This document shows, in pieces, positions 9,111 through 19,116 of a DNA stretch of 64,000 nucleotides. Made by a program: the position numbers and the translations under genes. The notes below the pieces were generated by a model. It was not told the origin of the DNA and ran no database searches. It saw only the letters and a program-made list of their open reading frames with translations. How positions within the stretch are numbered: the first letter of the stretch is position 1; each line of letters begins with the position of its first letter. This stretch comes from an uncultured Candidatus Saccharibacteria bacterium (lineage in GTDB: Bacteria; Patescibacteriota; Doudnabacteria; UBA920), in the NCBI GenBank assembly GCA_964453265.1, contig CAYVNU010000001.1, positions 117,331 through 181,330 on the forward strand. The letters are read 5' to 3'.

Positions 9111-10211
9111 TTATTTTGGCATAAGGGTAATTATTTCGTAATGACCAGACATTTTATTTTGCACTTTTTTTAGCCAATCTATTTTTTTTAAGGTGTCTTT
9201 TTGAATCGGACCTTGCCAAATAATTTTTACCAAGCTGTCTTTTTTTGATTTTTTCAAATTTTCAAAAAAGGCTGATTCTAATGCAGGATTACTGGCAAAA
9301 GGGGAATATAAATACGCAATTTCTGCTTCGGATAAATTAACTGTGGTTGCGTCTTCTTCTTTAACTTCAAGATTAGATATTTGAAATTTTTCTGCTTGTT
9401 GTTTTAAGAATGCCGCGCGTTTTTTATTTTTTTCTACAGCAACTACTTTTGGCTGGTCTAGCAAGGCTGCGTAAAAAACCAGTCTGCCGTAGCCGGCGCC
9501 TATATCGTACAAAACTTTATTTTTAGGAATTTCACCCGAGCTAAATAATTTTTTTATAGTATTGTAAGGGGTTCCTAAATAAAATTCCTCATCATTATCT
9601 GTTGCGTTTTCCATGCTTTCTGGAATTTCAAACAGCTCGTCTAAAAGCGAGTTATCAATTGAGCGTTTTTGTTCCTGGAGTTTTTTAACTAGCGCGCGTA
9701 AGACAGTTGGTTCTTTTTTTATTTTTTCTTTTAATAATTTTAAAGATTCGGTTTTTAATCTATCTATTTTTTCTTTTGAACTAACAAAAAAGTATTGTTG
9801 GGTAATTTCTAAGAAAGATGCTTGCTTGTCAGGTTTTAAACTTTTTGTACTTTTTTCCGAATTAAGCCTGGCTGGTTTTAAAAAACAGTTCATGTTAAAC
9901 ATGAATTGAACAAAGTCAAAAAGTTCCGGGGTACTTAGGTTTTTAAAAGATTCTTCGGGACTTGGTTCTTCTAATAGAGCCTTTAGTTTTTCCCTATTTT
10001 CATAATAAATTTTAAGCGCATTTGATATATCAAAATTATCCAAAGCAGCTTGGTCTGAAAAACAAAGAATTCTGCCTTCTATTTGGTATAGAAGGTCGGT
10101 TGTACTTAAGTTATCACTTGGTGCTTCAAGCAGATCCTTGGTTCTGGAAATTCGCGTATCTAGTGGATTTGTTATATTCTTCCTAATTTCTGAGCTATTT
10201 TCTTGATCCAT
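9111..10211 (-). CDS. SAM-dependent methyltransferase (class I) with N-terminal uncharacterised domain
   Basis: Motif I 'VLYDIGAGYGRLVFYAA' plus downstream acidic motif-II/III-like segments. The first 200 aa have no known motif. Confidence 0.6.
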   Translation of the reverse strand: MDQENSSEIRKNITNPLDTRISRTKDLLEAPSDNLSTTDLLYQIEGRILCFSDQAALDNFDISNALKIYYENREKLKALLEEPSPEESFKNLSTPELFDFVQFMFNMNCFLKPARLNSEKSTKSLKPDKQASFLEITQQYFFVSSKEKIDRLKTESLKLLKEKIKKEPTVLRALVKKLQEQKRSIDNSLLDELFEIPESMENATDNDEEFYLGTPYNTIKKLFSSGEIPKNKVLYDIGAGYGRLVFYAALLDQPKVVAVEKNKKRAAFLKQQAEKFQISNLEVKEEDATTVNLSEAEIAYLYSPFASNPALESAFFENLKKSKKDSLVKIIWQGPIQKDTLKKIDWLKKVQNKMSGHYEIITLMPK

Positions 10212-10316
10212 ATTTCATATAATAGCAAAAATTTGCTTTTGCAGAAATAGGTATAGATTATTTACAAATTAAATTTACAAGCCTATAATTAAATCAAAAT
10301 AACTTCTCCAAAAAAG

Positions 10317-10400
10317 CCTGCCCTGTACTTGATACAGGGTCGAAGACTATTTTGATTACTCAAACAATATTGTTCGACCTTGTGGAGAACATATTGTTTA
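10317..10400. repeat. MITE-like dispersed repeat, copy A (carries hairpin module gcctgccctgtacttgatacagggtcgaa and core aatattgttcgaccttgtggagaac)
   Basis: It shares the core 'aatattgttcgacc(t)tgtggagaac' with the copies at 33051, 36003 and 30536. Its hairpin module is the reverse complement of the one in copy B. Confidence 0.7.
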
Positions 10401-10421
10401 TTAACCATTAAAATAAAATTT

Positions 10422-10916
10422 ATGACTACACTTGGACAAATTTTTTTAGGTGAAATGGAAAGTGAGGCTGCTTCTAGCCGGAAATGTTTAGAACGTATAA
10501 CCCCGGAAGTTTTTGAATTTAAGCCGCATGAAAAGTCTATGAAAATGGGTTACCTGGCCCTGCTTGTGGCCGAAGTGCCAAAGTGGATAGCTTACACTTT
10601 AGAAAAAGGGGATATAGACTTTGCAACCTTTACGCACGCCCAGCCCAAAAACGGCAGTGAACTTGCCGCGCATTTAGACGAAAACTTAAACTGGGCTAAA
10701 AAGCTTTTAGAAAAAGTTACAGACCAAGAACTAGAACAAACCTTTAACCTAAAAAACGACGGCCATGTTTTAATGTCTATGTCTAAAAAAGACATGGTAA
10801 GCTCCAGTATTCGCCACTGGGTCCACCATCGCGGCCAACTTACCGTCTACATGCGCCTAAACAACATCCCCGTGCCCTCTATTTATGGCCCCACGGCAGA
10901 TGAGGGTGGGTTTTAG
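10422..10916 (+). CDS. DinB/YfiT-like (DinB_2 family) metal-dependent hydrolase-like protein
   Basis: 'HWVHHRGQLTVYMRLNNIPVPSIYGPTADE' matches the DinB_2 His-triad region. The start is taken at MTTLGQ, because the upstream in-frame Met lies inside a MITE copy. A paralog lies at 35397-35903. Confidence 0.6.
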   Translation: MTTLGQIFLGEMESEAASSRKCLERITPEVFEFKPHEKSMKMGYLALLVAEVPKWIAYTLEKGDIDFATFTHAQPKNGSELAAHLDENLNWAKKLLEKVTDQELEQTFNLKNDGHVLMSMSKKDMVSSSIRHWVHHRGQLTVYMRLNNIPVPSIYGPTADEGGF

Positions 10917-10936
10917 ATATTAATTCATAAGAATTT

Positions 10937-12511
10937 ATGGCAATTAATAAGGTACTATACGAAGCGATAATAAATGATATTGAAATTGGAAATTCTGTTG
11001 CTGAGCAGGACTCTCTTTTAGAATCCGCTAGAGTAGAGACGCCAGTTTTTGATTCAGTTTTGGGTGATAAATATGATATTATTCCAGGTCGAAAAGGGGC
11101 AGGAAAGACAGCTATGTTTAGAATTTTTTCCCTTCTTTCAGGTGTGTTATTAAAAACACGCAACTTAGTAATTTTAACTGGCGTAAACGCACATGGAGAG
11201 CCTATTTTTAATAGGTTTAAAGCTGAATTTAATAATTTTACTGAGACTGACTTTGAAAATTTTTGGAAATTGTATTTTATTTACTTGGTTTACAATGAAT
11301 TTATAAAAAATCCTAAGTATGAAGTCAAGCTTTTTTATTGCGAAAAAGAAATTGAGGCTTTTAAAAAAAATTGTATTGAAGCTGGTATACCCGAAATACC
11401 AGCAGTACAAACTAAGGACTCTATAATCCCATGGGTCATAAAAAGTATCAAAAAACTTTCAGCAAAGACCACTATAATTTATGACGCTGAAAAGCCTTCT
11501 TTGTTTACAATGATTCCTGAAGTCACGGTTGAGAAAGGGGATTCTAACCAAGAAAAAAGTAACAGTACTAGGCAAAGTATATATATTAATAAAATAGGAG
11601 ATTCCTTAAAAGAAATTTTAAACAAGAGTGGATTTAAAATATGGATAATTCTAGATAGGCTAGACGAAGTATTTGATCGTTATACAATGACCGAATTCTG
11701 TGGTTTAAGGGGTCTTCTTAGGTCATATAAAAGTTTTGAAGCGGGTCAACAAGAGGATTTATTTAGAATAAAACTCTTTTTAAGAGATGATATTAAATTA
11801 TTTTTAACAGACGCTGAGACTTATAGAAAATTTTTTCCAAAAAAAGAAATTCAACCTTTGACTGCGGCCACTCATATATTCGCGAGAGAGTCCTTAACAT
11901 TAAGTTGGTCAAACGAAGAAATACAACAGCTTATTTTAAATAGACTTTTGCTTAGTAATGCGTTGAGGCATTATTTAGGAATAGAGGATAGTAGTATTGA
12001 AAAGGTTAAAGAGCTTTTGAGAGTCAAGCAAAATAGGAATGAATATTGGAATCAAATATTTCCTGAAAAAATACAGTCCTCGTCGTCTCTTACATGGATT
12101 TGTTCGCACTTAAAAGATTCAAATAATATAGTAACCCCCAGAACTGTAATAGACATGCTTGAAGCAGCAGTAAATTATCAAAAGAGTAAGAATATGCTTA
12201 ATTTTACTGATTGCCCAGAAATTTTTTCCACAGAGTCTTTAAAAGCAGGTTTGGAAATTGCATCAAAATATAAGCTCGAAAAAGATATCTATAATGAATT
12301 TCCTAAAGAACAAGCAAACATAAAAATATTAGAGAAAGAAGGAAAGCATAAGTTTACAAAAGAAGAACTAAAGAAAGTTTACGGCGAAAATTGGCAAGAA
12401 ACAGTAGAAAGCCTACAACGTATTGGATTACTCAGTTATATAAAAGATTCCGGAGCATATCGTGTTGTCAGTCTTTTTAGGCCGGCTTTAGGCATTACTT
12501 ATAAATACTAA
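10937..12511 (+). CDS. Orphan P-loop NTPase of unknown function (524 aa)
   Basis: Walker A 'GRKGAGKTAMF' and Walker B-like 'IWIILDRLDEVFD', with a long helical C-terminal half. It is flanked by repeat elements and followed by a terminator. Confidence 0.6.
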   Translation: MAINKVLYEAIINDIEIGNSVAEQDSLLESARVETPVFDSVLGDKYDIIPGRKGAGKTAMFRIFSLLSGVLLKTRNLVILTGVNAHGEPIFNRFKAEFNNFTETDFENFWKLYFIYLVYNEFIKNPKYEVKLFYCEKEIEAFKKNCIEAGIPEIPAVQTKDSIIPWVIKSIKKLSAKTTIIYDAEKPSLFTMIPEVTVEKGDSNQEKSNSTRQSIYINKIGDSLKEILNKSGFKIWIILDRLDEVFDRYTMTEFCGLRGLLRSYKSFEAGQQEDLFRIKLFLRDDIKLFLTDAETYRKFFPKKEIQPLTAATHIFARESLTLSWSNEEIQQLILNRLLLSNALRHYLGIEDSSIEKVKELLRVKQNRNEYWNQIFPEKIQSSSSLTWICSHLKDSNNIVTPRTVIDMLEAAVNYQKSKNMLNFTDCPEIFSTESLKAGLEIASKYKLEKDIYNEFPKEQANIKILEKEGKHKFTKEELKKVYGENWQETVESLQRIGLLSYIKDSGAYRVVSLFRPALGITYKY

Positions 12512-12520
12512 TAATATTCT

Positions 12521-12544
12521 AAAACCCCGCTCACGGGGTTTTAT
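12521..12544 (+). terminator. Rho-independent terminator
   Basis: aaaaccccgctcacggggtttt: a perfect 7-bp GC stem plus T-run. Confidence 0.7.
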
Positions 12545-12610
12545 ATATAGATTATCTCGCTGCTCTTTTTCTTGCGTTAGCGTCGAGGTTTTTGGTGCCT
12601 TTTGTTTTAG

Positions 12611-12676
12611 CGTACCCTCCTTCGCTAAAGCTTCCGCCGTCGCATAAAGCTATGGCGGACGAGTCGGCGGGCAGGC
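12611..12676. repeat. GC-rich family-2 repeat (expanded copy, opposite orientation)
   Basis: Its reverse complement contains 'cctgcccgccga...gcggaagctttagcgaaggagggtacg'. Confidence 0.6.
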
Positions 12677-13177
12677 TAGTACGATGATACACGAAAGATA
12701 GTTTAAAGAGGCTTGATTTTTTATTATGAAAATGCTATATTCCCTCCAATGCGATGGAGGCAGATATATGCAAAAGACTGCGAAAATTATTCGAACGTTC
12801 GAGAACCAACCGTATCCCGGCTTGGTAAAAGTAGAGCAGGAACTACGGAGCACAAAACAAGCACATGACTTTGAGTTGATCCCGATCCGTGATGGCGACA
12901 CGGAGGGGTGCTGTCTGCGTGTTCTTGCTGAGGCTGACGTCCGGAGAGTTATATTCATTTCGGGTTTCAGCGCTTCAAACGATAACCTGTTGAAGTTTTC
13001 GTTGACCTCGACAGAGCTTCTGAAAGCTCTCATGCCGGGGTGTGAGCTTACGGTTTCTGAATAACTCGAGTGATAGCCGAGGACTTTGCCGGGGCTGGCG
13101 TTTGCTGGTCCCGTGCTTTTTTATTTAGATTTAAGATTCCGGATAAATTTTATTGCTAAAAAATTTTCCGGAATGAC

Positions 13178-13218
13178 AGAAACAAAAATCCCCTTGAAGT
13201 TTGTGTTCAAGGGGATTT
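13178..13218 (-). terminator. Terminator of typA (bidirectional hairpin)
   Basis: aaatccccttgaa..ttcaaggggattt, a perfect 13-bp stem. A T-run follows on the minus strand. Confidence 0.65.
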
Positions 13219-13224
13219 AATATG

Positions 13225-13262
13225 TGTTTTGTTCTCGACAAGCTCGAACAATATTGTGTTAT
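13225..13262. repeat. MITE-like repeat fragment (gttctcgacaagctcgaacaatattg)
   Basis: Matches the right-end segment 'ggttctcgacaagttcgaacactaaaatttt' of copy C. Confidence 0.5.
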
Positions 13263-15094
13263 CGAGCTGCTCTTTTTCTTGCTGTAGCATCAAGAATTTT
13301 TTTGCGAATACGAATTGAGAGGGGGGTTACTTCTACTAGCTCGTCTGGGCCTATGTATTCTAACGCAAAGTCTAGTTCTATTGGGCGGGGAGGGGTTAGG
13401 ATTATGGCTTCGTCTGTGCCACTACTGCGTATGTTAGTAAGTTTTTTAGTTTTACATACGTTTAGTTCAATGTCGCTTTCAAGAGCGTTTTTGCCAACGA
13501 CCATGCCTTCGTAAACTTCCACGGCAGGGCCAATAAACATAATACCGCGTTCTTGGGCGTTGTTAAGGCCGTAAGCGTTAGAAACGCCAGTCTCGGAAGA
13601 TATTAACGAACCGTGTTCGTTAACTCTGGTATCTATTTCGTGAACTGGTTTATAGCTGTCAAAAAGGTTGTTCATTATAACCGTACCCTTGGTGCGGGTA
13701 AGCAGTAAACTTTTTAAACCAATAAGTCCACGAGTAGGAATTAAGTATTCCGCGTGAAGTTCACCGGAAGCAGAAAGATCCATATGCTGAAGTTCACCGC
13801 CGCGTTTACCCATTTGTTCTATCATAACGCCTTGGAATTCAGAAGGTACGTCTATGGTAACAACTTCGTAAGGTTCCATTTTTACCCCGGCTTCTTCGTG
13901 GTAAATAACCTGAGGCTGAGAAACCTGAAGTTCAAAACCTTCACGTCGCATTGTTTCAATTAAAATACCTAAGTGAAGTTCGCCGCGGCCTGAAACCAAA
14001 AAGCTTTCAGAACCTTCTTCAGAGGGTTCTACTTTTAAAGCTACATTAGTTTCAAGTTCTTTAGTTAAGCGTTCACGTAAGTTTCTGGAAGTTACAAATT
14101 TTCCTTCACGGCCGGCAAACGGGGAAGTGTTAACGCCAAAAGTCATTTTTATAGTTGGCGGTTCTATTTCTACGGCAGGAAGAGAAACCGGGTTTGCAGG
14201 GTCTGTAACTACGTCGCCAATGTGAATGTCGTCAAAACCCGCTATGGCTACTATGTCGCCAGCTTCGGCTTCTTCTACGTCTATTTGCTTTAAGCCCTGG
14301 TACATGGAGAGTGCGGAAATTTTTCCGGTTATTTTAGTGCCGTCTACTTTAACAAGCACAACATTTTGCGCTTTGTTAATTTTGCCGGAAACAACTTTAC
14401 CTACGCCCATACGGCCTTTGTAGTTGTCGTACATAAGGGCCAAGGCCTGCATAGCAAAAGACTTGTCTACTTCGGCGTTTGGAGCTGGAATGTGTTTTAC
14501 AATTGCGTCAAAAAGAGCGGTTAAGTCGGGTGCGGTTTTTTCGTCACTGACTTTAAGCAAGAGTTCTTCGGCAGATTCAGAAGCAAGACCGCGTATACCG
14601 GAAGCGTAAATAATAGGGAAGTCTAACTGTAAGTGAGAAGCATTTAATTTAACAAACAAGTCAAAAGTTTTGTTTAAAGCTTCGTCTATATTAGCTCCTG
14701 GTTTATCTACCTTGTTTATTACCACTATAGCGCGGTGGCCTAAAGCCAAAGCCTTTTTTAAAACGAATTTAGTTTGAGGCATAGGGCCTTCTTTAGCATC
14801 TACTAAAAGCAGTACGCCGTCAGCCATTTTTAAAGTTCTTTCAACCTCGCCGCCAAAATCCGCGTGACCTGGGGTGTCTACAATGTTTATTTTAATGTCG
14901 CCAAACATCATAGAAGCATTTTTGGCTTTAATGGTAATGCCGCGCTCGCGTTCAAGGTCCATACTGTCCATAACTAAGTCAGCCTGTTCGTCTTTAACAG
15001 TGTGAGTGGCTTTAAGCATGGCGTCTACCAGAGTGGTTTTGCCATGGTCAACGTGGGCGATAATGGCTATATTTCTTAAGTTATCTCTTGTCAT
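13259..15094 (-). CDS. typA: Translational GTPase TypA/BipA
   Basis: 'NIAIIAHVDHGKTTLVD' G1, 'DTPGHADF' G3 and 'NKVDK' G4, with C-terminal EF-G-like domains. The start was chosen at the internal ATG giving 'MTRDNLRNIAII'. Confidence 0.9.
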   Translation of the reverse strand: MTRDNLRNIAIIAHVDHGKTTLVDAMLKATHTVKDEQADLVMDSMDLERERGITIKAKNASMMFGDIKINIVDTPGHADFGGEVERTLKMADGVLLLVDAKEGPMPQTKFVLKKALALGHRAIVVINKVDKPGANIDEALNKTFDLFVKLNASHLQLDFPIIYASGIRGLASESAEELLLKVSDEKTAPDLTALFDAIVKHIPAPNAEVDKSFAMQALALMYDNYKGRMGVGKVVSGKINKAQNVVLVKVDGTKITGKISALSMYQGLKQIDVEEAEAGDIVAIAGFDDIHIGDVVTDPANPVSLPAVEIEPPTIKMTFGVNTSPFAGREGKFVTSRNLRERLTKELETNVALKVEPSEEGSESFLVSGRGELHLGILIETMRREGFELQVSQPQVIYHEEAGVKMEPYEVVTIDVPSEFQGVMIEQMGKRGGELQHMDLSASGELHAEYLIPTRGLIGLKSLLLTRTKGTVIMNNLFDSYKPVHEIDTRVNEHGSLISSETGVSNAYGLNNAQERGIMFIGPAVEVYEGMVVGKNALESDIELNVCKTKKLTNIRSSGTDEAIILTPPRPIELDFALEYIGPDELVEVTPLSIRIRKKILDATARKRAAR

Positions 15095-15300
15095 ATATGA
15101 AAAACCGATGTACACAGATAATTACGGATTAACACGGATCCGTATTAATCCGTTTCTTCTTCCGTGTCATTCTGTGAATGTTAATTGCAACCCGATAATA
15201 ATACTAAAAATTTCGCAAAAAGTCAATAATTTGGTATAATAATTAAGGACGTTGTTTTTTGAGCTAAAATTAAAATTTAAAACTTTTTAAAATAAAAAAC

Positions 15301-16347
15301 ATGGCAAAAATAATCTCAGATAGTAAAAATAAACAGCTAATTGGCTTTTTTGTCTTGCTCGGACTCGCTTCTGCTTTGGCCTTAATGATATTTTGGCCGT
15401 TTTGGCAAATGCTTTGTCTGGCCGGTATTTTTGCCGTGCTTTTTCACCCGCTGTATAAAAAAATGAAAGCCGAATTTAGAAATGAAAATTTATCAGCCGC
15501 GGTAACAATTTTCTTGGTCATTTTAATTGCTATTTTGCCTCTATGGTTTATAGGGCAGCTGTTGTTTAATGAAATTGTCGATGTTTACAATAAATTCCGT
15601 CTCGGAGAATTAATATTTACTAAGACGGAAGTTATTTCGCACTTACCCTTACAAATTCAAAATATTGTTCAAAGTTTGAACAATGACATAAATGTTATTG
15701 TTTCGAAAATGACCGGGGGAGCCTTTAATTTAGTCTCCGGCTTGCTTTCCAACTTAGCTAGTTTTTTCTTGTCTTTGTTTTTATTAATTTTTATGTTGTT
15801 TTTCTTTTTGCGCGACGGCGAAAAAATTAAAGCCTTTGTTAGAGATATTTCTCCGCTTTCAAATGTTTATGACAACGCTTTATTTAGTAAACTTGAGGAA
15901 GCAGTTTCTGGTGTTGTAAAAGGTTCTTTTTTAACAGCTTTAAGCCAAGGCGTTGTAGGTACAATTGGCTATTTAATTTTTGGCGTGCCACAGCCTTTTT
16001 TGTGGGGCGCTTTTACAGTGTTGGCAGCGTTGGTTCCTACTGTTGGTACCACATTAGCTTGGGTGCCGGCCGCACTATTTTTATTTTTAACCGGCCATAC
16101 GGGCGCGGGTATTGGCATGACAATTTGGGGCATGCTGGCTGTCGGTTTAATAGACAATGTGCTGGCCCCTAAATTAGTCGGTTCTAAAATTCAACTTCAT
16201 CCGTTGCTGGTTTTGCTTGCAATTTTAGGCGGCATACAACTGTTTGGTTTTTTAGGTTTTTTATTTGGACCAATAATAGTATCGGTCTTTACAACTTTGC
16301 TTGAAATATATAGAAGCGACATAAAAGGCATGGGCGGAAAAGAATAA
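15301..16347 (+). CDS. AI-2E family transporter (PerM/YdiK-like, UPF0118)
   Basis: About 8 TM helices, length ~350 aa and characteristic Gly-rich segments 'VKGSFLTALSQGVVGTIGYLIFGVP'. Confidence 0.7.
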   Translation: MAKIISDSKNKQLIGFFVLLGLASALALMIFWPFWQMLCLAGIFAVLFHPLYKKMKAEFRNENLSAAVTIFLVILIAILPLWFIGQLLFNEIVDVYNKFRLGELIFTKTEVISHLPLQIQNIVQSLNNDINVIVSKMTGGAFNLVSGLLSNLASFFLSLFLLIFMLFFFLRDGEKIKAFVRDISPLSNVYDNALFSKLEEAVSGVVKGSFLTALSQGVVGTIGYLIFGVPQPFLWGAFTVLAALVPTVGTTLAWVPAALFLFLTGHTGAGIGMTIWGMLAVGLIDNVLAPKLVGSKIQLHPLLVLLAILGGIQLFGFLGFLFGPIIVSVFTTLLEIYRSDIKGMGGKE

Positions 16348-16365
16348 GCTAACAACTAGCATATA

Positions 16366-19050
16366 ATGAATTGGACACAATTAAGTAAAACCGAAATTGA
16401 GCTTGAACTAAAAACTAACCTGGAAACAGGCCTTAGTATAGAAGAAGCCAATAAACGCCTGGAAAAATTTGGGCCTAACAGTTTACCCGAGAAAGCGCCT
16501 GATTCATGGGCGCTGATTTTTTTGCGCCAATTTAAGAGCCCATTAATTTATATTTTGCTGGTGTCCGCTGTAATTATTTTTTATTTAGACGAAAAGGCCG
16601 ATGCCGCAATTATTTTAGTTGTACTGCTCGTGAATGCAATAATTGGAATGGTTCTTGAGGGCAGAAGCAGTCAGGTTATGAGCAGTTTAAAAAAATTATC
16701 GCAAGATGAAGCAACGGTTTTGCGGGTCGGCAAAGAAATTGTAATTAAAGAAAGTGAGGTAGTAGTAGGCGATGTTTTAGTATTAGTAGAAGGTCAAAAA
16801 ATTTCCGCAGACGCCAGAGTAATATTTAGCGCCAGTTTAAGTTTGGACGAATCTGCCTTAACCGGTGAATCACAAAATGTTCACAAGCATGACGCCGCTT
16901 TAAATAACAAGGAGGCGTCTATTTCCGCCATGCACAATATGGTATTTAAAGGCACTACAATACAGTCGGGTCATGGGCTTGCTGTGGTGGTTAATACGGG
17001 AATTAATACAGAACTTGGAAAAATAAGTAAATTTATTTTAGGCGAAGAAGTGGAAATACCTTTGCAAAAAAACATTCGTAATTTAAGTAAAATTATTGTT
17101 TTAGTTATTGTTTTTTTAGCTCCGGCTTTATTTTTCTTAGGACTCTTTTCCGGTCGCGCGGCAAAAGAAATGTTTGCTGTGGTGGTTTCATTAACGGTTT
17201 CGATTATTCCAGAAGGCTTGCCTTTGGTGTTAACCGTAGTTTTAGCAAGCGGGGTTTGGCGCATGGCAAAAAAGAATGCTTTAGTAAAAAAACTGCAGGC
17301 TGTTGAATCTTTAGGCCGGGCAAAAATTTTAGCTGTAGACAAAACCGGAACTATTACTCAAAACCAAATGGTCATTAAAAAAATTTATTTTGGCCAAAAA
17401 TTTTACAATATCACAGGCAATGGTTATGAGCCTAAGGGTGCGGTTTTTGCGGACAATAACTTACCGGTTAAACAAAATGAATTAGAAGTTGCGGGTATAA
17501 TTGCCAGTTTGGCCAGCCGCGCCAGCGTACGTTTTCTGGAAGAAGAAAAAAAGTATAAAGTTATTGGAGATCCGACCGAAGCTGCTATGGCGGTTTTGGG
17601 TGAGAAACTGGGCTTTGGCCGGGAAGTTATTTTGGAAAAATATGCTGAGGCCGCGGAAATACCTTTTGATTATAAAAATAAATTTAGAGCCGTATACTAT
17701 GAGCATAATAGCGAGATTTTTTGCGCAGCGACCGGGGCTCCCGAGGTAATTTTAAAACATAGTACGCGCTACATAGAGAACGGTCAGATTCATGAATTAT
17801 CCGATGCCGATATTAAGGTATTTGAAAAAGTTTTGCAGGAATTTTCTCAAAGCGGCTTAAGAGTGGTAGCTTTTGGTTACAAAAATTTTGTTGAGCCGAA
17901 AAAAGAAAATTTACCGGATTTAGCCATAAAAAATTTGGTTTTCGGCGGATTTTTCGCAATTGAAGACGCGGTACGTCCGGAAGCAAAACAGTCAGTTAAG
18001 CTAGCAAAAGAAGCAGGTTTAAAAGTTGTTATGATAACCGGCGACCATAAAATAACCGCAAAAGCCATAGCCACCGAAGCAGGGATTTATGAAGTTGGTG
18101 ATGAGATTTTAACCGGACCAGATATTCAAAGTTTGACTTTAGCGCAGCTGGCAAAAAAAAATGAACATGTTAGTGTATTTGCGCGCGTTACCCCGGAAGA
18201 TAAAATGCAAATTATAAAAGCTTATAGGCTAAGCGGACAAATTGTCGCTATGACAGGGGATGGTGTTAATGATGCCCCGAGTTTAGTTGCCGCGGATTTA
18301 GGAGTGGCTATGGGGAAAATCGGCACAGACGTGGCAAAGCAGGCCGCGGATATAATTTTACTAGATGATAATTTGGCCAGCATTATTTCTGCAGTAAAAG
18401 AAGGTAGGCTTATGTACCAAAATATTAAAAAAGTTTTGGCATTTTTATTTTCAACTTCCTTAGGCGAGCTTTTTATAATAGTTGCTGCATTGGTTTTTAA
18501 AATGCCTTTACCGGTAACAGCGGTACAAATTTTGTGGTTAAATTTAATTACAGATCCGTTTTTAGGAGCTGCTTTAGCCATGGAAAGAAAAGAAGCCGAA
18601 ATGCACAGCCATAAAGATATTTCTTATTCCAAATTTTTTGTAGACTGGCGTATGTTTATTCACATGCTGTTGGTCGGTACTGTTATGACTTTGGGCGGTT
18701 TATATGTATTTAATATATATTATCCAATAAGCCACGCAAAAGCCATGACTATATGTTTAACCCTTTTAGCGGTTTACCAGTGGTTTAATGCTTTAAATTG
18801 CAAGTTTTTAAATAAAAGTATTTTTCACAGAAGGCTTTTTTCCAATAAGTATTTATGGCTTGCTTTGGCTATTAACATAATTTTACAACTTTTCGCGGTA
18901 TATAATCCCTGGCTGAGTTCTATACTTAAATTAGAGCCTTTAAGTTTTACGGAATGGGTGATTATAATATTCTTAGGTCTGGCCATAATTCTAGCCGATG
19001 AAATAAGGAAAATAATTTATAAAATATTAGAAGCAAAAAATACCGTTTAA
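16366..19050 (+). CDS. Cation-transporting P-type ATPase, P2-type (Ca2+-ATPase-like)
   Basis: Phosphorylation motif 'DKTGTITQN', 'TGES', hinge 'MTGDGVNDAPSL', 10 TM helices and an N-terminal cation-ATPase_N-like segment. Confidence 0.85.
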   Translation: MNWTQLSKTEIELELKTNLETGLSIEEANKRLEKFGPNSLPEKAPDSWALIFLRQFKSPLIYILLVSAVIIFYLDEKADAAIILVVLLVNAIIGMVLEGRSSQVMSSLKKLSQDEATVLRVGKEIVIKESEVVVGDVLVLVEGQKISADARVIFSASLSLDESALTGESQNVHKHDAALNNKEASISAMHNMVFKGTTIQSGHGLAVVVNTGINTELGKISKFILGEEVEIPLQKNIRNLSKIIVLVIVFLAPALFFLGLFSGRAAKEMFAVVVSLTVSIIPEGLPLVLTVVLASGVWRMAKKNALVKKLQAVESLGRAKILAVDKTGTITQNQMVIKKIYFGQKFYNITGNGYEPKGAVFADNNLPVKQNELEVAGIIASLASRASVRFLEEEKKYKVIGDPTEAAMAVLGEKLGFGREVILEKYAEAAEIPFDYKNKFRAVYYEHNSEIFCAATGAPEVILKHSTRYIENGQIHELSDADIKVFEKVLQEFSQSGLRVVAFGYKNFVEPKKENLPDLAIKNLVFGGFFAIEDAVRPEAKQSVKLAKEAGLKVVMITGDHKITAKAIATEAGIYEVGDEILTGPDIQSLTLAQLAKKNEHVSVFARVTPEDKMQIIKAYRLSGQIVAMTGDGVNDAPSLVAADLGVAMGKIGTDVAKQAADIILLDDNLASIISAVKEGRLMYQNIKKVLAFLFSTSLGELFIIVAALVFKMPLPVTAVQILWLNLITDPFLGAALAMERKEAEMHSHKDISYSKFFVDWRMFIHMLLVGTVMTLGGLYVFNIYYPISHAKAMTICLTLLAVYQWFNALNCKFLNKSIFHRRLFSNKYLWLALAINIILQLFAVYNPWLSSILKLEPLSFTEWVIIIFLGLAIILADEIRKIIYKILEAKNTV

Positions 19051-19062
19051 TGTTTTAAGATT

Positions 19063-19096
19063 AAAAAACCGGAGCATGTAATTGCTCCGGCTTTTT
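19063..19096. terminator. Bidirectional rho-independent terminator
   Basis: aaaaaaccggagc..gctccggcttttt, sitting between convergent genes. Confidence 0.7.
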
Positions 19097-19116
19097 AAAT
19101 TTTTTATATAAATAAA

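Noticed and set aside
12640-13130. Tried to assign the GC-rich segment to RNase P RNA, tmRNA, SRP RNA or 5S rRNA
   Set aside because: There are partial resemblances ('ggcaaagtcc' on the minus strand, 'cccggcttgg' on the plus strand, 'gctgacgtccggagag'). But they lie on opposite strands or lack the obligatory GGAA tetraloop, the tag ORF or the 3' CCA. There is no consistent model, so it is left as an unknown GC-rich element. ORFs 12726-13064(+) and 12650-13033(-) are probably not genes.
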